Shown: positions 18,781 through 29,875, counted from the stretch's first letter. The stretch: 64,000 bases of DNA from a virus (IMGVR_UViG_3300032280_000320:50332-114331); one strand, 5' to 3'. Notes: generated by a model not told the origin, from the letters alone. Translations and numbers: made by a program.

Positions 18781-19198
18781 TTTGTTGATTCTCCGACCTT
18801 GATAATGTAGTGTTATATCCAACAACATTTCCAAAAGGATCAGTAATTGGAGTTGATCCAACAACCTCAAAAACCGTTGGGGTCTCTGTTGGGAAATCTA
18901 TTTCTGTCCAGATTGATTTGTTTTTTGCATCACGAATATTAGTAGCCTTTTCTCTATAGGTTATTCTTTCTGATGTTCTGACCTGGATCATTTGCTGGTT
19001 TGTGTATTTGTTTCCAAATACCTGCCTGTCATTCGTGCTACTTGATGAAGAGTTGCTAATGATTCCTTTTGCGTGGCAATCTAATGTTTTATAAAAATTC
19101 CAAGATTTTAATATTGCCCCAGTGTTTGGGTCTTGTGAATCAGACTGTCTATATAGATCCAATCTCATTACCAATATTGAGTCTATAAGGTCTAACAT
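18770..19198 (-). CDS. Head closure (stopper) protein
   Basis: 142 aa following the adaptor; QDPNTGAILKSW and PITDPFGNVVGY segments fit a beta-rich stopper. Confidence 0.6.
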   Translation of the reverse strand: MLDLIDSILVMRLDLYRQSDSQDPNTGAILKSWNFYKTLDCHAKGIISNSSSSSTNDRQVFGNKYTNQQMIQVRTSERITYREKATNIRDAKNKSIWTEIDFPTETPTVFEVVGSTPITDPFGNVVGYNTTLSRSENQQIGI

Positions 19199-20184
19199 TA
19201 TATAACAACCATGCTGCTTATGACATATGGGTAGAGTAGCTGGTCTGCGTATGCATTACCAGTTCCTCTGTAAGCATCTGATGCATATTCAAACTGCCAA
19301 TCAAATGTTTTAATATTCTTTAGGTACTTATTTGTCCAAACTCTATCCTTAGAGAAATAGTCTCCTATTAATTGGATAGCTGCCTGCTCAACATTGTCTG
19401 GTACTTCCGCCCAGCCAAATTTTCCTTGAATACGATACTTAACATCTTTCTGGAAAGCTCCGTGGTATGTGTCATTAATTGATGGCGGAATTAATCCATT
19501 TGCACTGTATGTTATGTTGTCAAGAGTATTAGTTCTATCTATTCTTAATCCAAAGCCTGTCTCAGAAATTATTGGATTGAATACCCAATTTGTTTCTTCA
19601 TTTATATTGTCTATAAGCTTTATATCATTTCCATATAACTCATGCAATGCATTAATTTTAAATGGCAGTGGCAAAACATCAGAACCTGATCCGTATATAG
19701 ATTCAGTGCTATCGTACAAATAGAATCTTTGTCCTGTATAGCTTTCAATTACTTTACGGGCAAATTTTTCTGCCATAACTAATTCATGATAGCTTTTATA
19801 CATTGGGTCGGATGGATCTGTTCCAAGACCAAGATCTTCAATAACTTCAGCAAGAGAAGCATATGGAGTTACAACATTCACAAATGTTTCATGCTGTATG
19901 CTAGTTGAATTCATCTGGTACTTCCAGACAAGCTTTAAGCTCTTGTCTCTGTTGGTTATTGAATATGGAATATTAATTTGATATGATCCATAATCAACCT
20001 CAGATTTTGACGCCAATATGTTTGTAAGTATTGGTGTTGCTGGGTTAACAGATGGTAATATTCCTGGGTCTTCAGTTATGTCATATATGTCTACACGTAC
20101 ATCACTTTCGGCATCAACAATAGCGCCACCCCAAAAAATTTTAGTAGACGCTGGTGCGTTGCTGTTTTTATATACTTCTGCCAT
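19198..20184 (-). CDS. Head-to-tail adaptor
   Basis: YASLAEV...ARKVIESYTGQRF...GWAEVPDNVEQAAIQL...TGNAYADQLLYPY is a gp15/gp6-like adaptor signature. Confidence 0.75.
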   Translation of the reverse strand: MAEVYKNSNAPASTKIFWGGAIVDAESDVRVDIYDITEDPGILPSVNPATPILTNILASKSEVDYGSYQINIPYSITNRDKSLKLVWKYQMNSTSIQHETFVNVVTPYASLAEVIEDLGLGTDPSDPMYKSYHELVMAEKFARKVIESYTGQRFYLYDSTESIYGSGSDVLPLPFKINALHELYGNDIKLIDNINEETNWVFNPIISETGFGLRIDRTNTLDNITYSANGLIPPSINDTYHGAFQKDVKYRIQGKFGWAEVPDNVEQAAIQLIGDYFSKDRVWTNKYLKNIKTFDWQFEYASDAYRGTGNAYADQLLYPYVISSMVVI

Positions 20185-20198
20185 ATATAACGTTTCGT

Positions 20199-20591
20199 TT
20201 AGTTATAGAAGTCTTGAACTTCCTTTGGTGTGGCTAAACGAAAACCCTCCTCTGTGTCAAAGATTTTTTGAGCATCTTCTTCAGACATTGCTACGAATGG
20301 ATGATCATTTGTAAATGTATGTCCATGAATATCATATCTAAAGTTTGCTCTTGTCATGCGTACCAAGACTGAATCTTCTAGCTGTGCTTTTGGATCAAAC
20401 TTTGGCAAAATTTCAATTTCTTCTGCTGCTTCCTCTAGTGTCTGCAATGTCTTTGCATACACTGAATAGGTAACTCCTTCTTCTGCAAGTGCAGCTATGA
20501 TATCCTTTTTATTTTTAAGGCCATCTGTGTCTACCGCAAAATCTTCTGCTATTGTTTTTAATTCGGCTACTTTTAATGTGTCAAACGACAT
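20199..20591 (-). CDS. Head-associated protein with N-terminal HeH/Rho-N-like domain
   Basis: LKVAELKTIAEDFAV...KKDIIAAL helix-extension-helix motif; lies directly after the capsid gene. Confidence 0.55.
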   Translation of the reverse strand: MSFDTLKVAELKTIAEDFAVDTDGLKNKKDIIAALAEEGVTYSVYAKTLQTLEEAAEEIEILPKFDPKAQLEDSVLVRMTRANFRYDIHGHTFTNDHPFVAMSEEDAQKIFDTEEGFRLATPKEVQDFYN

Positions 20592-20644
20592 ATTTATTTC
20601 TCCTTCTTGTAGGTCATTTAATTATAGCATTAGTCAATTAAAAT

Positions 20645-20676
20645 GAAAAGCCCCCAAAATTAATTGGGGGCCTTTC
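20645..20676 (-). terminator. Intrinsic terminator after the major capsid gene
   Basis: Minus strand GAAAGGCCCCCAA-TTAATT-TTGGGGGCTTTTC then ATTTT. Confidence 0.75.
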
Positions 20677-20698
20677 TTGGGATTAATTCTTAAATTAA

Positions 20699-21769
20699 TT
20701 AAGAAGCAACCTTTACGTTCTTTACAACGACCCAAGCATCTGCTTGTTCGATTTGAACGCCAACGCGAGTATACATTGTGTACTCAATTGAGTCCTTACG
20801 TGGCCAGAAGAAGCGGTAAACTGTAACGTCACGCTTGATACCAATAACTACGTTATTTGGGAATGTCAAGTGGATGTCACCGTGTGAACCAGATGCTCCT
20901 GAGTATGAACCTGTCTGAACTTCTGGAAGAAGTGGAACTTCAACGATTGGAATACCAAATGCGTATGGAGCTACATATCCTGCAGGACCAGAAACTGGTG
21001 CAACCTCACCACGGATGATGCCTGAAGCAATATCTTGTGGGTTAACGTTCTGGATGTTCTGTGATGTTGAGTATAAGTAATCCTGGATCAAGTTTGAACC
21101 TGATAGGAAGCGAAGGTCTGTACGACGCTGCTTGTACTTACGTGGAAGAGCCTTAAGTGCTGAGTTGAAAACTGCACGAGAAATTCCCGCACCAGCTGCA
21201 TCAACGACATGACCGTGAGCCTTTGCCTTCTTAACTGCACCGTCAAATGACTTATAAAGTGCATCTGATGATAGTGCTGTATCGCCATTAAGAACTAGGT
21301 CTTCAATGTCGTTACCTGCCTGTGTTGCCATCATTCTGGCAATGTGATCTTCGAGATCAGCACCTTCAATGTTGTCTTCTAGTGACTCAGTTGAAAGCTC
21401 CCAATCTAAACGAAGCTTCTTTGTTGTTAGAGAGATCTTTGAGAATGTCACTGGTGCGTTAACGCCTGTGTTTTCTCCTTCGGTTGCTAGCTTAACAAGC
21501 TTCTCACCGATTGACATGCGGTCAATCTCTGTTGTGTCAGACTTCATTCGGACCGTACGTGCAACCTTACCAATTACGGTAGCGTCGAACATATAATCTA
21601 AAAATCTTGCTGACTGCTCTGGGTTTAGAACACCACCGTTGCCATTTTCTGACGCAACGTGATCTCCTGAACCACCTGTTGCAGATGCGAAAGTACCTCC
21701 GACGGCCTGTGGGCCACCAGCGATTGTTGTACCAGCTGCTGCTGCTTTTTCTAATAATTCATTACTCAT
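20699..21769 (-). CDS. Major capsid protein (HK97 fold)
   Basis: GGVLNPEQSARF...LTTKKLRLDWELSTESLEDNIEG...GNDIEDLVLNGD; follows the protease/scaffold gene. Confidence 0.92.
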   Translation of the reverse strand: MSNELLEKAAAAGTTIAGGPQAVGGTFASATGGSGDHVASENGNGGVLNPEQSARFLDYMFDATVIGKVARTVRMKSDTTEIDRMSIGEKLVKLATEGENTGVNAPVTFSKISLTTKKLRLDWELSTESLEDNIEGADLEDHIARMMATQAGNDIEDLVLNGDTALSSDALYKSFDGAVKKAKAHGHVVDAAGAGISRAVFNSALKALPRKYKQRRTDLRFLSGSNLIQDYLYSTSQNIQNVNPQDIASGIIRGEVAPVSGPAGYVAPYAFGIPIVEVPLLPEVQTGSYSGASGSHGDIHLTFPNNVVIGIKRDVTVYRFFWPRKDSIEYTMYTRVGVQIEQADAWVVVKNVKVAS

Positions 21770-21786
21770 TTATTTCACCTACCTTT

Positions 21787-23100
21787 TTAGTTAAAGATTT
21801 CATTTACGGAACCGAGGAAAGAACCGTTCCATTTTGATTTAGATTTTGTTACTACTTCAGACCCGCCGAGGTCTGAAGACTTCTTAATTGCTGTTTCGCC
21901 TTCTACGGCATCAACACGCTTCTGAACACCGTCAATAGTGCCCTTGATTTCTGTTACTGCTGCGCTTAGTGCGCTGTGCTTCTCTGCTAACTCTGAAATT
22001 CTAACATCGACATTCTTGCTGAATGCTTCAACAGATTCTTTGATCTGTGAAACTTGTGCAGCATTTGCCTCTGTAGCCTTTGAAAGTGTGTCCGAGAAAA
22101 AGCCTTTTAGGTCGCCCAACATTTTTGCAAAATCAGGTGTATCAACCTCTGCTGTGGCTGCTTCTTCAACGGAGTCGGCAGGAGCGTCTACTACTGCAGC
22201 TTCTGCTACAGGAGCATCTTCTACAATAGTTTCTACAACAGCTTCAACAGCTGGTGCTTCTTCTAGTACGTCTACAGATTTTTCAATTACTGTCTCATTT
22301 TGTACGTCTGACACTTCATTACCTCCTTCTACGTTTGCCTGTTTTGCTATTTGTGTATCAGGCAACGCTAATCTTGTCTTCTTGAATGAAGCAAGAATCT
22401 TATCTATTTCTTTTGACTTGTTTATATCTGATGATTCAACCCAGCCAATTAGTGTCGCTGGCTTTCCAGATATTGGTGAGTCAAATGTTTTTTCTGTTGA
22501 TATAAATACAGAATCACTTTCTTCGCAATAAAAAATATTTTCAGCAACTACTTCTGTTGCTATACCTTTGTAAACCATCTTTCCACCAACTTTTTCAATA
22601 GAGAAAATATTGCATAGCTCATTTGCTGGTGAGTCTACAATTGATAGCTCAACAAGATCATAATCCTTAATGAATCTTACTGCTTCTCCTGTTGCCTTGT
22701 TAACTTCATTGTCTGACTCATTAATCTTTCCGCCGATTGAAAAACCAGAAAGAGTGCCATCAAGAATTTTTTCCCAAGTATCTTGTGCACCCTTTGAAAT
22801 GTATGAAGTTACATAAACTCCATTATAAAATGTCTGTGACTTTTGATCGTAGTATGTCTCTGGCTTAAATCCAATAACTTTGCCTACTGCAATTGCTTGA
22901 TGCATCTCTCTAAGATTTCCACGGAAATTTTCAAATGCCTTCATGCTTGCTTCTGCTGTAACAACGTCGCCTGTTTGGTCAACATTGTCTAATGTTGCAA
23001 ATCCTGATACAGTTCTCTGCTCACGGTTTACTTTTGTAAATGGGACTGAGAGATGGAGCTTTTCTCCATCACTAGACCAGTTAGACTTTTCGATAATCAT
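21787..23100 (-). CDS. Prohead maturation protease fused to scaffold-like C-terminus (probable start 23100)
   Basis: VSGFATLDNVDQTGDVV...LREMH...LSGFSIGG...LVELSIVDSPAN is an HK97-type protease; acidic coiled-coil C-terminus. TTGCCT-17-TAAAAT lies 7 nt before the ATG at 23100. Confidence 0.88.
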   Translation of the reverse strand: MIIEKSNWSSDGEKLHLSVPFTKVNREQRTVSGFATLDNVDQTGDVVTAEASMKAFENFRGNLREMHQAIAVGKVIGFKPETYYDQKSQTFYNGVYVTSYISKGAQDTWEKILDGTLSGFSIGGKINESDNEVNKATGEAVRFIKDYDLVELSIVDSPANELCNIFSIEKVGGKMVYKGIATEVVAENIFYCEESDSVFISTEKTFDSPISGKPATLIGWVESSDINKSKEIDKILASFKKTRLALPDTQIAKQANVEGGNEVSDVQNETVIEKSVDVLEEAPAVEAVVETIVEDAPVAEAAVVDAPADSVEEAATAEVDTPDFAKMLGDLKGFFSDTLSKATEANAAQVSQIKESVEAFSKNVDVRISELAEKHSALSAAVTEIKGTIDGVQKRVDAVEGETAIKKSSDLGGSEVVTKSKSKWNGSFLGSVNEIFN

Positions 23101-23153
23101 ATGCTTAATTTTATAGGTATATATATCAAAAGGCAAATAGTAGTTGAGTAAAG

Positions 23154-24740
23154 TTATTTGACTTTTGGACCGTCGCCCTTTGCATTCCTGCCTTCCCCGT
23201 TTTTGTCTGGGGCATTCTTGGCACGTTCTTGGTCTCTAGTTTTATTGCCAGTCGATTTAGCTTTTTGATCAGCCTCTTGCTGTGGCTTTAATTCTATGAC
23301 TTCGTCTCCTCCGTCTAAAGGAATCATGCCCTTTCTAATTCTAACTTCATTAGGAGTAAGAACCTGCATGCGTAGATAAATCTCATCAATTTGGCTCTGA
23401 GAAATCTCATCAGTTAGGCTTAGCTCATTAAATTTAATAACTAGAGCGTCTGTCTTTTCTTCAATAATTGCATTGATTTTCTTCTCAAGTCTCATCTGTG
23501 CTGGACGGCAGACCTGCTCTTTAAATGTCTTGTCTGCATCACGAGCAACTGCTAAATTTACTCCTGGTGGGGTACCAATTTTATTAATTGGTACACGATG
23601 AGCCATAAGAATTTCGTCTCTATTTGTTTCACGGTATACGTTAAATGAAGACTCTTGTGCGCCTGCCTCAATAGGCTCCATCTTAAATTCTGTCTTTGAG
23701 TCTGGTGTGTCTGCTGGCAAAGGAATATAAAGGGATCTGTGATTCTTGCCCTTAAGACCTACCTGAAAAAACTCAAGTAACTTTCTTTCTGACTCTGGTG
23801 AAAGCTTTGCGCCCTTTACTGTAATAATATATCTTGGCACTGCTTTATTTTCAAAGTAGTCAAGGTTGTATCTTCCAGAAAATTCATTTCCAGTTAATGC
23901 CATTTGTGCTGCAATAATGTCTGGGATTCCGTAGTAATTATTCATTGGTGTGTATTTCTTTAAATGAATAATCTCGTTAGGTCTATCCTCTGCACCTGCT
24001 ATCGGATTGGGTGTTTCTGTATCTCCGAAGTTTCTAAAAAATACAGCCTTTCCATATAGAAGCTGCATGAATCCATCACGTAGTCTGCGTACACGCATAG
24101 TCTTTGATGGTATGTGTCCAATATATCCAATGTTACCAGCTGTGGTTCTACCTATTTCAATGTAGCCATTTCCAGTTGCTTCAAGGTCTGTATAAGCTTT
24201 GATTAGTGTTTCTGTAAAAGTATCTTCATCATTTGTAGAGTCAAGCCAATCTTGTAGATCCTGCTTTAATTTATTGATCTTTCTTCTTGCTCTTTCAAGC
24301 TGCTTGTCGTCTGTTATTTCATCAATAGCGTCGTTGGTTTTTCTTGTCTCCATAAAATTGTATCCAAGCCCAACAATATTTGCAACTTTAGCATTTACTG
24401 CAGCATAGTTATATGTTGATATTTCGTATACCTGAGACAAGTATTCTAAATTATATTGTGGCTGAATAAGGTCAAACATAGCATATCCGCTAATTGCTTG
24501 AGCCATTAAGTTCTGCTGTGTAGCCGCCCCGTCTTGACCACTAAATGATTTAGAAAAATCTCTATTTATTTTTCTTTTAAAGTTAGTTCCAAGACCTCTT
24601 ACCTTTTTTAAATCATCGATGCCTATTGCAAATGGATCAAAGTGCTCTTTTTCTTTTTTAAATGAAAACCAGTCAGCAGTATTTGATATGTTGATTGTTG
24701 AAGAGTTGTCTTCGCCATCTTCAATAAATTGTGCTGTCAT
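23154..24740 (-). CDS. Portal protein
   Basis: DLEATGNGYIE...EIIHLK...YYGIPD...RDEILMAHRVP...LTPNEVR are HK97-type portal motifs. Confidence 0.92.
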   Translation of the reverse strand: MTAQFIEDGEDNSSTINISNTADWFSFKKEKEHFDPFAIGIDDLKKVRGLGTNFKRKINRDFSKSFSGQDGAATQQNLMAQAISGYAMFDLIQPQYNLEYLSQVYEISTYNYAAVNAKVANIVGLGYNFMETRKTNDAIDEITDDKQLERARRKINKLKQDLQDWLDSTNDEDTFTETLIKAYTDLEATGNGYIEIGRTTAGNIGYIGHIPSKTMRVRRLRDGFMQLLYGKAVFFRNFGDTETPNPIAGAEDRPNEIIHLKKYTPMNNYYGIPDIIAAQMALTGNEFSGRYNLDYFENKAVPRYIITVKGAKLSPESERKLLEFFQVGLKGKNHRSLYIPLPADTPDSKTEFKMEPIEAGAQESSFNVYRETNRDEILMAHRVPINKIGTPPGVNLAVARDADKTFKEQVCRPAQMRLEKKINAIIEEKTDALVIKFNELSLTDEISQSQIDEIYLRMQVLTPNEVRIRKGMIPLDGGDEVIELKPQQEADQKAKSTGNKTRDQERAKNAPDKNGEGRNAKGDGPKVK

Positions 24741-25075
24741 TGTACTTTACCATTCCTTAAGGCACCATCTTTGTAGTTACCAATGTCTAGTGGATCTGGT
24801 AGAAGACCCCACTGAAGTCTTTGTGACTGATGTTCAAATTCTTCATCATCAATTTTTCTACGACCCGCTAAAAACTTTGGCTGCCCTACATCAATACCGT
24901 ATGAGCGCACTTCTCTTGCAAGCTGGTCCATCTTTGACTTGTTGCCCTTCATGGATGTGACTGAAAGGAAGTTGCCGTCATCGTCACCAATCCATCTGCC
25001 ATCTGGCATTTCCCATACGTATATGCCAAGTCGTGTTTCTTCTACAATTGATGATTTTTGATTTAAGATGTCCAT
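24737..25075 (-). CDS. Hypothetical protein upstream of portal (probable start 25075)
   Basis: Track ORF 24737..25093; an extended -10 TGGTAAAAT sits 8 nt before the ATG at 25075. Contains GIYVWEMPDG and LLPDPLD motifs. Confidence 0.6.
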   Translation of the reverse strand: MDILNQKSSIVEETRLGIYVWEMPDGRWIGDDDGNFLSVTSMKGNKSKMDQLAREVRSYGIDVGQPKFLAGRRKIDDEEFEHQSQRLQWGLLPDPLDIGNYKDGALRNGKVQ

Positions 25076-25137
25076 AGTAATTAATTTTACCATTACTTAG
25101 TGCCAAAGTCCAGATTTTGTCAAGACTTTGTACAAAA

Positions 25138-26952
25138 TTATGAGTTCTGGAGAACCACCCAGTCATTATCGTAGTACTCGACAGAGCTTTCGGTCATTCC
25201 GATGCCAGAATCATATACTATTGCAGTTGCTCTGCCTATATACAATGAATAATTATATAAACATTCAGATACATTAAACTGCTTTTCATACAGGGTTATA
25301 TTTTGATACAAAGACTTTGGGCCAGACCCATTAAACTCTATATCTCCAGATATTGGGGTTCTTAGTACGACTAGAATATGATACATATTGCCAGGCTCAA
25401 AAACCGTTGATATATTTGAATCAAATATCTTACTTACTCCATTGACATAGAATCTCAAAATGTTACTTCCTATGCTTATTTGACCTGAGCTATTCCATGA
25501 AATTCCGTCAACAATGGATCCCGCAATTCTGGAGTTTGGGGTATAAAACATTTCTATTGTATTTATTTGGCTGGAGGTGTTAATGAAGAATCCTGAACCA
25601 GCCTCTACATTTACTCCGCTTCTTGAGTCTCTAGTCATAATAGGATATCTTCTATTACCAATTCCAATATTGTTATCTCCTGGATATAGGTAGTCTTGAG
25701 AATTGTTTGAATACTCTTTATTGTCGGCATACATTTTAACTATGAGATACTCTAAAGATGGTATATATCTAGATGTATCTTCAGATGTAAATACTATTTT
25801 AATGTAAAGCTTTCTTGATTCACTAAAGTCTGTTGAGGTATATTGAGGTATTACTGAGTTGTTTTCACACGGCTCAAATGCTATTCCGTCTGTACTTGAA
25901 AATACTGTTATTCCATTATCTCCTGCCCATTCTATTTTTGAAGAAGTTGGAGAAAGAGAGTATGGAATATATATCATGTCTGTTATTTCAACAATAGAAT
26001 CTTCTGCGGTATCTGTTTTAGATATAGAAAGTGTTTTTTTAGATGTGTTGTGATCAAGACCATCTACTAATATATCTGACCAATCTTTATCTACTGGGTA
26101 TCTAAAAACAAAATCTGTCATATAGTTGCTGTCATTGATTTCAAAAGCTTTTCCATTTAATGGACCATAGACATCTAAAGGCCTTGTTGATACTGCATTT
26201 AAATAATGATTTTTAATTTTAACATCTGTTAGTGCGTATCTGTATATTGCTAGGCCGTTTACTAAAAAGTAGTTGCTGCTATTTTCAGTTGGCCCGCATA
26301 GCAAAGATAAGCTAGAATTTGTAAATTTAAAGTTTTCAATGTCTATCGATGAAACCAATTCTCCATCTACATAAAGCATTGCGGAGTCTTTGTTGTACAC
26401 TGCAGCCAGATAGTAGGCCTTCTTTTTGTATGGCAAAGTATACTCAATAGTATTTGTATTTAGCTTAAAAAGAATATTGCCTTTATGATAGAACAGACCT
26501 ACGCTATTTAATGAATCTCCAATTAGTGGTATTGGATCAGACTCTAAAGCATTGATTGATGGGTATATAAAAATTTCAAAAGAAAATGTATTATCAGAGA
26601 ATGTATCTTTTGCAAATCCGCCTTTAACAATTTCTCCGTTGTATCCTCTTGCATTATTTATATTAATAGATGCAGCGCTATCTATTTTTATTGCATATGG
26701 GTCACCGTATACTAAAGGGATAATATCTGACTTTACTTCTCCTGAATAGAATCCGTTATTTTGGCAACCAGAAATATCAACAACTGCATTTCCAGAGTCT
26801 AATGAGTAGTTCGCAAATGCAGCTTTAAATTCCTCATATGTATTATAATCATTCAATACATCTTGGTAAGACGGAATGCTAAATGATTCTGTTATTGCAC
26901 CGCTATAATATACTATTGGGTTGTCTGATAAGACAGAGTATTTATATGACAT
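25138..26952 (-). CDS. LamG/concanavalin-A-like lectin-domain virion protein
   Basis: SYKYSVLSDNPIVYY...FSFEIFIYP...AMLYVDGELV...LAIYRYALTDVKIKNHY is a LamG-type pattern. Confidence 0.7.
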   Translation of the reverse strand: MSYKYSVLSDNPIVYYSGAITESFSIPSYQDVLNDYNTYEEFKAAFANYSLDSGNAVVDISGCQNNGFYSGEVKSDIIPLVYGDPYAIKIDSAASININNARGYNGEIVKGGFAKDTFSDNTFSFEIFIYPSINALESDPIPLIGDSLNSVGLFYHKGNILFKLNTNTIEYTLPYKKKAYYLAAVYNKDSAMLYVDGELVSSIDIENFKFTNSSLSLLCGPTENSSNYFLVNGLAIYRYALTDVKIKNHYLNAVSTRPLDVYGPLNGKAFEINDSNYMTDFVFRYPVDKDWSDILVDGLDHNTSKKTLSISKTDTAEDSIVEITDMIYIPYSLSPTSSKIEWAGDNGITVFSSTDGIAFEPCENNSVIPQYTSTDFSESRKLYIKIVFTSEDTSRYIPSLEYLIVKMYADNKEYSNNSQDYLYPGDNNIGIGNRRYPIMTRDSRSGVNVEAGSGFFINTSSQINTIEMFYTPNSRIAGSIVDGISWNSSGQISIGSNILRFYVNGVSKIFDSNISTVFEPGNMYHILVVLRTPISGDIEFNGSGPKSLYQNITLYEKQFNVSECLYNYSLYIGRATAIVYDSGIGMTESSVEYYDNDWVVLQNS

Positions 26953-26954
26953 AA

Positions 26955-27935
26955 TTACCCCTGTTCTAGTTGTGCAACTCTTGTAGATAATTCCTGTACG
27001 GCTTTGATAAGTGGAGCAATAAACTGCTCATATCTTAATGCTTGGCTTTGATCTTCTTTCAGAATCCATCCGCCAAAATCTTCTGCCCCAGATCCATCTA
27101 CTGCTGCTTTTACTTCTTGAGCTATTAATCCATAATGAACTCTTTCGCCAGCAACTGGTGTTTCAATCTGATTGCCTTCTGGGTCAAAGGTGGTTACGGT
27201 ATCGCCAACTATGTATTTATATTTTACTGGGTTTAGAGAATTAATAAAGTTTAGCCCTAAATCAGAAGACTCTATCTCTGTTTTTAAATTTAAGTCTGAA
27301 GGTGTAATTAAAGATGCAGCATATACTGAGCCTTGGAAAAATCCTCTTTTCCAATTCTTTGCAACTGGTATTCCAGAAAATGCATCAACTTCTTGGCCTA
27401 AATCAAAAAAGTTATTTGATGACGGGTACCAGTTTGAGTTAACTCCATATGCAGAAGATGTTGCTAAGTTTAAACTTATTCTATTATCTAGCGGATCAAT
27501 GTTTGCATTTTGTCCTGCTGGACCTTGAGGTCCTGCTGCTCCTGTTGCTCCGTCTGCACCTCTTGGAATAGTAAAATTTAATTTTACATCAGATATTGTT
27601 CCAGAGTTTGTAACAGATGCATTTGTTCCAGCTGCGCCTGTTGATGTTGATTGAACTGTTATTGTTGCAGCAGCGTCGCCTTTATCGCCTTCTGGACCTA
27701 CGGGGCCCTGAACACCCTGCACACCTTGTGAGCCAGTTGCGCCAGTCAATCCCTGCGGACCCTGCGGTCCTTGCGCTCCTGTGGCTCCTGTGGGTCCTGC
27801 GGGCCCTACAGGGCCTGGGTGTGAGTCTAGGTACTGGTCAATGTCCAAAGCAAGCTGAGAGATATCCCTAGGTACGTCAGGGGTATCTGTATAGTCTGGG
27901 TAACTAAAGTTCTTGTCATTTGGTACAGTAGCCAT
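26955..27935 (-). CDS. Collagen-repeat tail fibre with C-terminal intramolecular chaperone (peptidase S74-like)
   Basis: Gly-X-Y run [18 protein letters not shown]...; autocleavage/chaperone motif SDLNLKTEI...GLIAQEV...[17 protein letters not shown]. Confidence 0.85.
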   Translation of the reverse strand: MATVPNDKNFSYPDYTDTPDVPRDISQLALDIDQYLDSHPGPVGPAGPTGATGAQGPQGPQGLTGATGSQGVQGVQGPVGPEGDKGDAAATITVQSTSTGAAGTNASVTNSGTISDVKLNFTIPRGADGATGAAGPQGPAGQNANIDPLDNRISLNLATSSAYGVNSNWYPSSNNFFDLGQEVDAFSGIPVAKNWKRGFFQGSVYAASLITPSDLNLKTEIESSDLGLNFINSLNPVKYKYIVGDTVTTFDPEGNQIETPVAGERVHYGLIAQEVKAAVDGSGAEDFGGWILKEDQSQALRYEQFIAPLIKAVQELSTRVAQLEQG

Positions 27936-27956
27936 TTTTTAATTATACCACCTAAA

Positions 27957-28559
27957 TTACCAAAGCCAAAAACCTGGGCACATATACTTTGTGCCAGATA
28001 TTAACTTTTTAGATTGGTGCAGATATGGCTCTGAAGATGGGAATATGACTATGCTTCCAGCTTGAGGCTTTATAGTAACATTTTGATTTGGAAATGCTAA
28101 CTCTCCACCTTCATAATCATCGTTTAAATATGAAACAATAGAGTATCTTAATCTTGAATTTCCGTCATTTTGATCAGCATGTGGACCCATTTCTGTTCCA
28201 ACATTATACTTTTTAATAGCTGAGTCGGTATCAATTTTTACATCGCCTTCTACATTATTATACTGTTTATATAATGAAGCGCAGAATTTCATATTTGCAA
28301 TAACGCTATTAATTATATAAAGCTCTTTTGAAGAAGGCTCTTTACCAATTTTTTCATAATTAGCATCAATCATTTTTGCATAGCCGTATACTGTATCTGA
28401 ATCGTTGCTTGCTGTCCAAGGCTTCCATTTAGATATAAATGCAGTATCAATTGAATCGTCATTCTCTGACTGCTCTATAAGATCTATTAATCTGCTAGGC
28501 TCAGAAATTGAATTAGTAAAATAAAATATGTTTGGTGCTAATTGGTGAAACTCGTACAT
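27957..28559 (-). CDS. 2OG-Fe(II) oxygenase, prolyl 4-hydroxylase-like
   Basis: GPHAD...YLNDDYEGGEL...YLHQS...GTKY (HxD...H...K). Confidence 0.88.
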   Translation of the reverse strand: MYEFHQLAPNIFYFTNSISEPSRLIDLIEQSENDDSIDTAFISKWKPWTASNDSDTVYGYAKMIDANYEKIGKEPSSKELYIINSVIANMKFCASLYKQYNNVEGDVKIDTDSAIKKYNVGTEMGPHADQNDGNSRLRYSIVSYLNDDYEGGELAFPNQNVTIKPQAGSIVIFPSSEPYLHQSKKLISGTKYMCPGFWLW

Positions 28560-28560
28560 T

Positions 28561-29277
28561 TCAATCTCCTATAAACTCGGTTCCAGTAAACCAAAATGAT
28601 GGACACATGTATTTGTGTCCACTTTTAACTAAATGTGCTGTGTGACTGTATGGTGATGATGAAGGGAATAATATTGCACTTCCCGCCTTTGGTTTTACAG
28701 AAACTGTTATCTTGTTTGCATTTTCTTTTGCAAGGAAGTCTGGGTGAGGCTTTTCTTCATGGCCAACAATTCCATCTTGTATTGTAAATGAAATTTCTCC
28801 ACCCTCGTAATCATCGTTAAGATATAATACTACAGAATATCTTAATCTTGTATCTCCTTCTTGCTGATCAAAATGTCCTCCCATAAAAGTTCCAACATCG
28901 TACTTATTGATTCCGACATCTTGGTACATATTAAGAGGGTCTTCTATTTTATAAAAATCTCTATATGCTTCAAATGAATTTTTGAATGCTGAGTTTATTG
29001 TGCCAAATATATAAGAAAACTTATCTAATGTATCTTCGTCAACAACTTTTGCTAGATCACCAGATTTGTAGCTTTTCCAATGATCTGAGTTTATGTTTTT
29101 ATTTGTGCCATAAACATACATTTCTCCACTGCAGGCTTCCCATGATTTCCATTTTGGAATTAATGTAGTAATCTTTTCGTTATCTTCTGTTTTTTCAATT
29201 GCAGAAATTAACTCCTCATGGTTGTCAATTAAACCTGTTATATAAAGTATGCCATTGTTTATCTCTGTTACATTCAT
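28561..29277 (-). CDS. 2OG-Fe(II) oxygenase, prolyl 4-hydroxylase-like
   Basis: GGHFD...YLNDDYEGGEI...YSHTA...GHKY. Confidence 0.88.
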   Translation of the reverse strand: MNVTEINNGILYITGLIDNHEELISAIEKTEDNEKITTLIPKWKSWEACSGEMYVYGTNKNINSDHWKSYKSGDLAKVVDEDTLDKFSYIFGTINSAFKNSFEAYRDFYKIEDPLNMYQDVGINKYDVGTFMGGHFDQQEGDTRLRYSVVLYLNDDYEGGEISFTIQDGIVGHEEKPHPDFLAKENANKITVSVKPKAGSAILFPSSSPYSHTAHLVKSGHKYMCPSFWFTGTEFIGD

Positions 29278-29286
29278 AGTGTCTCC

Positions 29287-29874
29287 TTAGTGAACTATTG
29301 TTCCATTTCTCCAAAAATGCGGTATAAATATTTTTCTGCCAGAAGTTAACTTTAAAGAGCCATGTAAATATGGCTCTTTTGAAGGAAACAAAATAATACT
29401 ACCAGCTTTTGGCTTTAGTGTTATATTCTGCTTGCTAAAGTATATCTCTCCTCCTTCATAATTATCATTTAGATATATTACAAAAGAATATTCAAGCATT
29501 TTTTGATCTTCGTTCCAATCAGTATGCTGACCCATTTCTTGTCCCTCAGCATATTTATTTAAAACAAAATCTTTAGCTATTCCAGGCTCATCTTCTATAT
29601 CATATAGTTTAGCATATTCTTTAGCACAAGCGTACATGGCATCAATTATTTCCATTGTAAGTTTGCCTGAATCTGACTCCCGCTGTGAAGAATCTTTTAT
29701 TGATATAAATTTTCTTTCTCCATAGACATATGTTGTTTCTGCATTTGCTTCCCAGCTTACCCAATCTGAAATAACATCATCACTGATTGAATCAACTTTT
29801 TCAACCCATTTTTCTGGGTTTGATATTGCGTCTTCAAAATAAACTATTTTATCATATAGAACTTGAGATTTCAT
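29287..29874 (-). CDS. 2OG-Fe(II) oxygenase, prolyl 4-hydroxylase-like
   Basis: GQHTD...YLNDNYEGGEI...YLHGS...GRKI. Confidence 0.88.
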   Translation of the reverse strand: MKSQVLYDKIVYFEDAISNPEKWVEKVDSISDDVISDWVSWEANAETTYVYGERKFISIKDSSQRESDSGKLTMEIIDAMYACAKEYAKLYDIEDEPGIAKDFVLNKYAEGQEMGQHTDWNEDQKMLEYSFVIYLNDNYEGGEIYFSKQNITLKPKAGSIILFPSKEPYLHGSLKLTSGRKIFIPHFWRNGTIVH

Positions 29875-29875
29875 A